From Takakia lepidozioides (Eukaryota > Plantae > Bryophyta): a stretch of DNA of 64,000 nt. Each line of letters starts with the position of its first letter. Within the stretch, counting starts at the first letter, position 1. Of this stretch, positions 12,389-21,257 are shown in pieces. The notes under the pieces were generated by a model. The model was not told the DNA's origin. It searched no databases and saw only the letters and a list, made by a program, of their open reading frames with translations. The stretch lies in contig CM060732.1 in NCBI GenBank assembly GCA_030704615.1, forward strand, positions 42,222,001-42,286,000, in the 5' to 3' direction. Made by a program: the position numbers and the translations under genes.

Positions 12389-13250
12389 TTAGCTAAGCAA
12401 GGTCATGGTGGAGAGGCATTTGAACTCTCTGAACGTAATGTGGTCGGACTTCACCCCCTCCCACATCAACTGCTCATAGGTCTCCAAAACCTGCAATCCC
12501 CGCCCCTGTTGTGCATGTCCTGCGATCATCACTTTCCACGACACCACATTTCGCTCAGCCATATTGTTGAACACTCCCTATCTAGAAGGGTTTCATGTTC
12601 AGAATGACATCTACCACAATTCCAGCTTTGACGATGCAACCATGGACCTCTTTGCCCTTCTCCAACAGGCTCGCACATGCACTACAAACACAAACAAACG
12701 TAATGTGCTCGGGCTTCACCCCCTAGACCCACATCATTTGCTCATAGGTCTCCAAAACCCGCAATCCCCGCCCATGTTGTGCATGTCCTGCGATCATCAC
12801 GTTCCACCACACCACATTTCGCTCAGCCATATTGTTAAACACTCCTTTGTCCACAAGGGAATGCTCCCACGTTTGGCATACATGTCGACGAGGTATTGTT
12901 ACATCTGGTATAGTTCCAGCTTTGACAATGTCACGATGGACCTCTTTGGCCTTTACCAAGTCTCCAGGGCTGCCAGGTTTGCACATGCATTGCAAACACA
13001 AATGAACGTGACCCGGTCAGGCTGCACCTCTTCTCAACATTTGCTCATATGTCTCCAATGCCCTCATCCCGCACACATGCTGGCCATATCTTGCAAGATT
13101 CAGCGTGTTCCTTGAGACAACATCTTGTTCAGCCATGTTATCAAACTCTCCCTTCGCAACTTCATAGGTCTCCAAAGCCTCCATCCCACGTCCCTGTTGT
13201 GCATACCCTGCAAGCATCGCACTCCACGACACTACATCTCGGCAAAACAG
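12389..13250 (-). pseudogene. PLS-class PPR pseudogene with 3-4 near-identical P/L/S repeats
   Basis: Repeated FNNMAERNVVSW..MIAGHAQQGRGL..LETYEQM..EGV and DVVSWSAMLAGYAQQGRGMEALETY, broken by stops and frameshifts. Confidence 0.85.
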
Positions 13251-14108
13251 GCTGAAATAGCTCGAAGAAGAAGGTGCCCTCACCACATTGTCCTCTACCT
13301 TGTGTCATGACCCATTGCGGATTAGACTGACCATGAACCCAAGAAGACCTCTTGTGCGTGCTGCTTGTATCTCTAGTCAGGTAATGTGGGATTGGTTCGT
13401 AAGAACCACCACGGTGCAGCTGAGCGGGCATAGATTAAAATATGGGTTGCTAAGACCAAGCTGATTCCCCAAGAACCTTGTGATCATCAGGAAGAATACC
13501 AAATCATGGTACAAAGGGGAGCCAAGAGCCCACATTTGCACATAATACGCCCTTGACGCCATAAACGCTTGCAACAACAGGACATGGGCCTCGATTTGGT
13601 CTTCGTCCTTCTCGCATCACTTGTTCGTCTCTCTCTCAAGCCTCCATCCCTCTCCCAACACTTAGACAAATTCAGGCAAAGGACAAAGTTACTCTTCCAC
13701 CCTTAGATCATTTTACATCCAACGATTAGAACAATCTCTACGAGCCACACAAGCCCTAAAATACATTAAAATATTCCACATCATGAGCCATGTGGAGCAC
13801 CTGTAAAAATTCCATTTTTGAATAGGGTGTGCAATGAATGCCTAGTTGTTAAGAGTCGTTCTCTAGTGCTTAAAACCACTTGTAATTGCTGTTTTTAAAA
13901 AAAAAACAATTTACGTAATTGAATTAAATCGCCGGGAATATTGTGCCGACTGCGGAGTCATTGATGCAACTTCTATCCGCCATTAGAAATGTGAATTTAT
14001 CCGTTACGACTGTGCAGTAGTAACAAACATCTCAAAGTTGTTCCCTCAGTGGTTTTGGACATGCAGTCGATTCGGAAAAGACACGAATGCTTCTAGTGTA
14101 TGTTTCAG

Positions 14109-14962
14109 GTACGGTGAAAGGTTATCAAAAACCTACAAGATAACGACCAAGAAGTTCCAACAGGAACACTTTAGGCCCCCTGTATTCTCGTTCAATCCTG
14201 ACGTTGTATTGACCTACATGACACTACTACAACACATGCCAGCTAACCTTGATGGCGGAGCCCATCTATTTCTTTCCCGATTCCTCATCCTTTTGATATT
14301 GTTTGGTACAAACATACGATTAATGTGGGCAGAAATGTAATACATAATACTTGGGGATATGGCTATAGCAGTAGGGATAGTTGACGATACTACAAATAAG
14401 TCTCCTAGAGTGACAACGATTAGCAGAATGTCTGCAGCTCAGGTTCCTCAGGACGTGATCATCAATGTGACTGGGCACCGCAATGTAAAGACCAGCTTGT
14501 CTCGCTATGACAAGAGTCTACTAATGAAGCAGAAAGCGGCTCAGCAACTGAGCGGAAATCCTCACGATCTCACAATTGGTGCTCCTCTTAGCTTTGATCA
14601 CTACTATTGAGCTAGCTAGGTACTATGCAAATGAACTTGGTGGTGCTAATTTGCCGGCGGTCTCCTCTCAGGATAAGATTGCAAGCATCGCAGGGGCAGA
14701 AGCTGTGCAGGACGACATTCTTTGCATCGGAGGTTTGTTTGAGGAACCTGAAAAACTCTGTAACTCCTCCACAACGAATGGTCTTGGAGGACGTGACCAA
14801 CGTCACTCCCCTCAAGTCTTGCACCCCAGTGTCTCTGCTGCGGGTTATTGCGCGGAGGAACGTTACAATGCCCGATCATGCACGATTGCGGAGGAATTTT
14901 CAGGCTCCTTGATACAAACCACTTTTTTCCAGAGATTCCTGAACGGGCTCCTATTTCCTTGA
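14109..14962 (+). pseudogene. Crypton/DUF3504-like tyrosine recombinase, catalytic C-terminal exon
   Basis: After acceptor TTTCAG (14108): YGERLSKTY...LFL...WYKH...GRN...MAIAVGIVDDTTNKSPRVTTISRM...VIINVTGHRNVKTSLSRYD. This shows the K, (H/K)xxR, H and Y residues of tyrosine recombinases, with two or more frameshifts. Confidence 0.8.
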
Positions 14963-15639
14963 TACAAACTGTTGTTTCTGAAGGTGATGTTTCAATTCTC
15001 GTTGCAGTTCCAACTTAGTTTCCATCTGCTTATGAGGTGCATATGAATGCACCTCCAACTTCAGTTGCCGAGCCTTATGTATTTGCTCCTAAGGAGCCTC
15101 TTGTACCAGTACTACAAGAGGCTGAAGGTGTTGACAGAGGTATTGTATCCCTGCCAGGTGCCCCGAGATGGTTTCAATTGAACTGTACCACCTTTTTGGC
15201 AGTTTTGTTAAGATTTTAGTGATGGGATGAACTTAGATTGAGGCGAGATTAGTAAGGCTTCATCCCTTGGGATCCCTCATCCAGCAAGCCAAAAACAATC
15301 CAATTTGGCCAACACATGTAGTGTTGCCACTTGGTCAAACCTGGGCAAATCCCCTAACAATAATCCTCACACACACGTGTAAAGAATGAAACAGAAAAAT
15401 TACCTTCATCAAAACCTGACCCCTTGCTTGCGTGATGAGACAACTTGCTTGTAACTCGAAATTAGGGCGAATGCATGATAGGGGCCATTTTATGTTATTA
15501 ATTTCATAAAAATTGATGCAATTCTGAAAAACAATTTACATTTAAATAGGCCCTGAAGCCTGTTTTAGGCCTGGTGGGCATTTAGAGCGTACTTCCATGT
15601 GGTCAAACCCGACCAAAAGATGATGCCAAACCGTAATTA

Positions 15640-15890
15640 TTGCCATTTACCCGAGCCTTATCTTATCTAAACCTGTATGAACTGGTATGAACCCAACAAA
15701 TATATCCAGATTACCCAGACCCAATAAATAACCTTACCCTCAGGTTATATTTTGTTAGTACCCGTTATACCCTGACCCGGTGTGTTCTACAAACGTGCAT
15801 TATCCCCTTACTTTCCATTTGAAAAGTAATAATACCCTGACCCAATGGGTAAATCTTTTCTCAAATTCAGGTTACCCTACCCTGAGGGCA
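15640..15890. repeat. TACCC/GGGTA-rich MITE-like remnant
   Basis: Clustered TACCC(G/T)/GACCC motifs resembling those at 27610-27837; no clear TIR pair. Confidence 0.35.
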
Positions 15891-15903
15891 AATGAAATTT
15901 AAC

Positions 15904-16110
15904 GGATCAGCAGTCAGTAGCTCGTGCACTGAGTGCCACCGAGATGATTCTGGGTGAAATCCTGCTACTTGATGGGTGTCGTATATTCTTCTCCCCCCTC
16001 CCTGGGCGGTGTCCCATTTCTACGCCTTCATGGCGCGGTTACTGTGAAAGAGGTTTCTCACTATTGAGGGGCCTGATTTGTGAGCTGTCTCTCAAATGAT
16101 AATAATAATA
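15904..16110 (+). mobile_element. Possible second SINE family with (AAT)n tail
   Basis: TAGCTCG...CTGGGTGAAATCC degenerate A/B boxes and a GATAATAATAATA tail; no clear TSD. Confidence 0.3.
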
Positions 16111-16180
16111 GTTAAATACCCGCTTGGTCTACACCCATGGACGGGCATTGGCTACCGGTTTCTTTACTTTTCTAGGTCTC

Positions 16181-16360
16181 GACAACCAGCATGTAGCCCA
16201 GTGATAATAGGCACATACCACGTTGGATGTGGTTGTGGGTTCAAACCACGGTCTGGTGTGTCATGAAGGTGTCCACCTTTCAGCTGGAAGGCAGTAGCCC
16301 TTGTGGTGAAGATACACCATAATTTATGCTCCCTTCGAGAGGCGTCTATATATATATATA
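16181..16360 (+). mobile_element. tRNA-derived SINE with (TA)n tail, second copy
   Basis: GACAACCAGCATGTAGCCCAGTG...GGGTTCAAACC...(TA)n. TSD TTTCTAGGTC(T/C)C at 16169-16180 and 16361-16372. Confidence 0.85.
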
Positions 16361-16658
16361 TTTCTAGGTCCCTTCATTCATTTTTGGGCCTCTTTCTTCC
16401 AAATATAACTTTACTTTACTACCACTACTTGAATAGAGTAGTGAATTCATGGGCTTAAATCCTGACTATGAGATTATGTCCTAACTCCTAACCTGCTTAT
16501 TGTCTAATCTCTATGTTCCCCACCAGCTTTTGTCGCCCACTCCAACAAGCATGTTGCATCTATAGAGACCCAAGTGCCCCACTTGGGTCTTTTTATAAAG
16601 CTATGCGAAATTTGTTTGATCTCTAGAGAGTGTGGCACTTGGGATACTAAATTCGTAT

Positions 16659-16741
16659 AGGGTAATGCCCTGAGTGGAGGGCATTACCGGATGGGAAGGC
16701 CCAAAAATCCGGGATTGCCCTCCACTCAGGGGCGTTACCCT
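16659..16741. repeat. GC-rich inverted repeat (~34-bp arms)
   Basis: AGGGTAATGCCCTGAGTGGAGGGCATTACCGGAT pairs with ATCCGGGATTGCCCTCCACTCAGGGGCGTTACCCT. Confidence 0.8.
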
Positions 16742-17505
16742 GCGCAAAGAAATGCCAAAAGATTTTTTTAAAAAAATCTAATGCATTCTGCATTTCGGAA
16801 TGCACTCGATGGAGCTGATGGGGTGTATTCCGCCAGGTGGAATGCACCCGATGAATTCTGCTTTTTAACGGCACGATATATATAAACAAAGTTTTTTGGC
16901 ATGCTTTACCCCCTCATAATTTCTCTGGCGGCAGAATTCAGGTTTTAGGAGGCAGGCATCACATCTCTTCCACTCATTGGCTCACTTGGTGTGGCAGAGT
17001 GTCCCTTGCTTAACTCATGCAAAACTCCATTTAAGACTATGTGAAAAACACATTATTTGCCTATCTACCCCTAATTTGACATTACACTGAGGCCCAAGTC
17101 TATGGGCTCCACGGCGTAACACAAAAAGCGGGATACTGTATTCTGTAATAGGGGAAGGGCCTCGTTCACGACGGTCAAAAATGGTGGAAGGGCCTCATCA
17201 ACTGTCCTTCACCAGCCTAACAAACTAACGTAAAGAACCTCATCATTTTTTTCCTTTGTAGTTTGAGACGCTTATCTGGACAAAATTTAGGGTATAATGT
17301 ATTTATACTCCCCAAAATATAACATACTCCCTATGTACTCACCCATTAGCCCACCGTCCACTCCCTTGCAGCTCACCCCCCTTTATATACTATACTATAC
17401 ATGGTGCTAAATACGGGCAATCGATATGGGATAATTCACGGCCAATAGATTGCGCCAAATTACACGTAGTACTCATTCGCTTCTTTACGCAGGTAAAGCC
17501 TTATG

Positions 17506-18015
17506 GACTGGTATTGTACTTTGAACACCAGGCTGGTACTGGTATGTAGGCCTCCAGCCAATTGTGATACTAGGGAGGTATTGGTATTGGCAAAAATCTG
17601 AGATTTGGATACCATGGTGGTATCAATAATACCTGATTGGTGTGGGTGTTTTACATGAATCAATAGCAAGTGAGAAATCGATACCAGGGTATTATCAATA
17701 CTGGTCTGGTATAAAAAGAAACTCACGATATGTTAAATATTGCAAGGCCCACTTCTCATATAAATGTGTACAAGCATGCTTCTCATTGATTTTATTCCTC
17801 CAAGTATTCCTCAAGTTCCTCAAAGTATTGATACCAGGTTTTCCTCACAAATATGGATCTGGTATTGGTATCAAGTACCAGATTTTCAACCACCTACCAG
17901 ACTGGTAGGGTATCGTCCATAGTATTAAAAAGCAGATACAAGGCCAATACAGTATATGCTAGATAGTGGCCTGAGGTGATACCAGTTTCTTATCGGTATA
18001 CCAGTCCAAACACTG
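17506..18015. mobile_element. Degenerate hAT-like MITE
   Basis: GGACTGGTAT ... ATACCAGTCCAAACACTG (CAGTGTT-type right end) with many internal GATACCAG/CTGGTAT repeats. Left terminus decayed, no TSD. Confidence 0.5.
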
Positions 18016-19797
18016 GGCAATACGTGGTCCTCGGCCCTAGGTCTGGGGCTACGCCCTCAACCTAGCCTCGAACCTCGTAATGGCCTCGTGCCGAAGCTTT
18101 ACCCTACACCCTACACGTTACCTTCTCTCGTATGAGAACGCAGCGCATTGGGCCTTGACTCGCCTATGTGGCACTTTGGCATTGGTGCAAAGGTGAGCCG
18201 GCTACAGGCCGTAGTGAATGACCTTGTGAGCCGGTTTGCAGCCTACTGAAGTTCTTTCTTGATTCTTTTGCATTCAAAGATTTTTTCAAAAATTTGAATG
18301 CCAATCAACAAATTATTTCGCATTCGAGGCAACCAAAATCTGCCATGAGTTCAGCTTGCTTAATCTTGTTTGGACGTAGAGACTTCTAACGCGACCCTGC
18401 CTAGGAGAGATCAAGCGTTAATGTGAGATCGGGAATTAGGGAGGATAAAGAAGATTGCAGTATAGAGGTCAAGATGATAACAATGTCTTAGGTGCTAGGT
18501 TTCTACCGTGGAGAATAATGTGGGTTAATCAGCCCTACATGGCCTTTATAATGTACATTATCATGTCCATTCTTTGACCCGGTTTGCATAGAAGCTTGAA
18601 ATCTGCCATCCTTCTTTCAGGTCCAAACAGACTGAGAAATCGGCGATGGTGTGGATCCCTGCTTGAGCACAGACAATGTATGAAACTTCCAGAGCGACAT
18701 ATTTGATATCAACTTGACAAGCACAGAAGTCTGCAACTTCCTCGATCTATATACATTTCAGTTTTCCTTATAATTGTCCTCAAAGTAGCATGCATGTGGT
18801 TGACTGGTCAGGTCTATACTAGCTGAGCTCTTCGAACGCCATTGCTAGATCACTGAATAGATCTTACAAATTACAAAATGCAAAATCATGTGAGCAATCA
18901 CACATATGGAAGTTGAAAATTGATCTGCAGCAGCAGCTCTATTTTTATTCATAGACCAAGTCCTTGTTGCATGTATGAATGCTATGTACAATCATGTAAG
19001 AAATTTGTGTGACTGTCTATATGAGGGGATTTCCCACTTGTGTATGAAGTAAATGGACTATGTATGAACTAGATGGCCTCTGTATGGAGTAGTTCTCCTC
19101 CTCTACATCTTACAACTTACAAGGAAAGAGCTAGAAAGCTCGATGAACACAGATATTTCCTGCAACTACTTTGATGCACTCTACAGTACGGATCAACCTC
19201 AATCAACCTTAGAGCCTCAATTCTGTTGACGAGGACAATTCCCCAAGAGTGACGCCATCATACTTGGGTCCATAACAAAATTGAAATTGAAGGTACTATG
19301 AGACATCACATTTCCGTGGAGAAATGAACTCCCAACTCCAGCACCATTGCTCAGTCCAGACGATGGCAATGGCACCTTAGTATTTGTTTCTCTAATGGGC
19401 CTCACATTCAACAATGGTGTTTTCTAAATCTGGCGCTGATTGCCCTAAATTGGCAGGTGGGTGCAAGAGGAAGATATGCAAATAAGTAATGTGAGGTGAA
19501 GTTCTTAATTTAAAAATAAATAAAAATTACACCATTTTTTCATTGCAGGCGTCCTATTTTTTGAAAAAGTCAAACTATGGCAATAAGGGTTAAAGGTTCA
19601 TTATAGCAAGAGGAGAGAATAACATCTTTCAAAGTAACCTCTTAATGAGGCGCCAATCAAAAGACTCACTAGACACCGCCCAGGGGAAGCATCCGCAGGC
19701 CGAAAATTGGGGCTATTGATTCAAATCTGCAAAATCCACAGCCAAAAGACCGAAAAGAAGGGCCTAGTGGGCGATTAGGGGTTAAACAAGTAGTTCA

Positions 19798-19985
19798 TTT
19801 TGTTTTGTTTTGTCGTTGAGATCTCCCAAACCGTAATACTACCTCCGGCTGGGGTCTTGATACAGCTGGAAAGCGCTCAATGAATATGGGTGCATCGAGA
19901 GGATTTCATAAATTTTGGACCTGCGATGTGGAAGATATTGGAGGCATTGCGGTTTGGGAGATCTGAACGACAAAACAAAACAAAA
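19798..19985. repeat. ~42-bp inverted repeat with ~105-bp spacer
   Basis: TTTGTTTTGTTTTGTCGTTGAGATCTCCCAAACCGTAAT vs ATTGCGGTTTGGGAGATCTGAACGACAAAACAAAACAAA. Confidence 0.85.
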
Positions 19986-20697
19986 CAACGGTGTGGAAGA
20001 TATTGAGTTTCAAGTTTTTTTTGCCACCAAAAATTCATTGAAAAATGGCAAATTGGGTTATTCTTGGAATATAAAATGATTATGTGCCAACGCTATAGGC
20101 CACACTAGTATTGATTGTCAAACTTAAGGTCCATAAAAATGTTATAATAGTTTTATTTCCACTGTGAAATCCTGCCAACTTTGGATTCGATCTAATGCAT
20201 AACTAAACTAGGCTAACTGCTACAGGGTTGAAATCTGTGAATGAATGGTGGTGGGAAGTTGCACTAATTTAATAAGTGCAATAGGTACCAAACTTGGCCA
20301 AAAAGGTCAAAACCATCTTGGGACATTTACACTGTACCTCACATTCAATTGGAGACATACTAATACCACATACTGTACCAAAGCCATATGAGGTCAATTG
20401 TACTACCGCCCCCTTGACTATGATTGATTCAATGTCTTTGCTTCATCAATTATATGTGGTAAATCATTTATTTGTACCACATGAACAGTATTTCATTCTC
20501 AAAGGAAATGGAGCCTCCTGAATGTTTGAATGTCTTGAGGTTTGAGCCCGGGGGGTGCACTCCTCATTAAATGTACCAGCCACGTGCGTGCACAGGAGGG
20601 GGTATTTTAAACCCCCCCATGTACAACATTATACATACAGAGGGGGGTTTAAAACACCTTAAATATAATTTTACAGGAGGGGGTTGTTGAGTTTTTA

Positions 20698-20808
20698 GGG
20701 ATAGTGTAGTGGTAAGAATGGCGATTCCGCCGCGATGCATCCCGGGATCGAATCGTGGAATCGTCGTTTTGTATGTTTGTTTTTTTTTTTTTTTTTTTTT
20801 TTTTTTTT
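20698..20808 (+). ncRNA. tRNA-like Pol III cassette inside the DNA transposon
   Basis: GTGTAGTGGTAAG (A box), CCCGGGATCGAATC (B box-like), followed by TTTT and a long T run. No complete cloverleaf. Confidence 0.45.
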
Positions 20809-21257
20809 CGCTCCACGATCTTTCTCCCCTGACCTCCCGCGGCTTTCTCTTTTCTTTCTCCTCCTCTCCCGCGTTCGCCTTCCCTTCCGCGGGCTTTCTC
20901 TTTTTCCTCCTCTCCTCTCCCCTCCTCTCCACAGGGCATGGTAGGACAATGTGGTGAGGGCACCAGAATGTGGTGAGGGCACTGACTTGGGAGAAGGTTT
21001 GAGGTTGTGATGTATGTAGAGGGCAGGAATCGAAGGGGATGAAGTAAGTGCGCGGGAATGTGGGGCAGGCCTGGGCTGATCGGTGATGATATGCGGGTGT
21101 GGTGGCGGATTGTTGTGCAGCAATGACAGGAGGACATGGGCATCAAGATTCCCAGTCATCAGAGGTAATGAGCACATTAGACCTATTTTCTTTCCTAATA
21201 ATGATTGGCGTGACACAATGGTTGTACTCACTGTATCAGGCCTATTCTCATCCTTAT

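Larger units (their letters stand above)
7686..13868. mobile_element. Putative non-autonomous CACTA-like element carrying PPR fragments
   Basis: Left end CACTAGGGTAACGACTC; right end reverse-complements to CACTAGAGAACGACTC. CCACGTGG-rich subterminal motifs at 7865-8065. It lies exactly in the gap between two recombinase exons. No matching 3-bp TSD (TAC vs CTT). Confidence 0.5.

Noticed and set aside
13283-13783. Solo LTR (TGTCATGAC...CATCA)
   Set aside because: No TSD, PBS or second copy visible in the window.
7098-16360. Two inverted ~175-bp repeats as TIRs of one 9-kb element
   Set aside because: Each copy has its own different TSD, Pol III boxes and a tail, so they are independent SINE insertions.
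20698-20770. Functional tRNA gene
   Set aside because: Acceptor and anticodon stems cannot be formed; kept only as a tRNA-like cassette.
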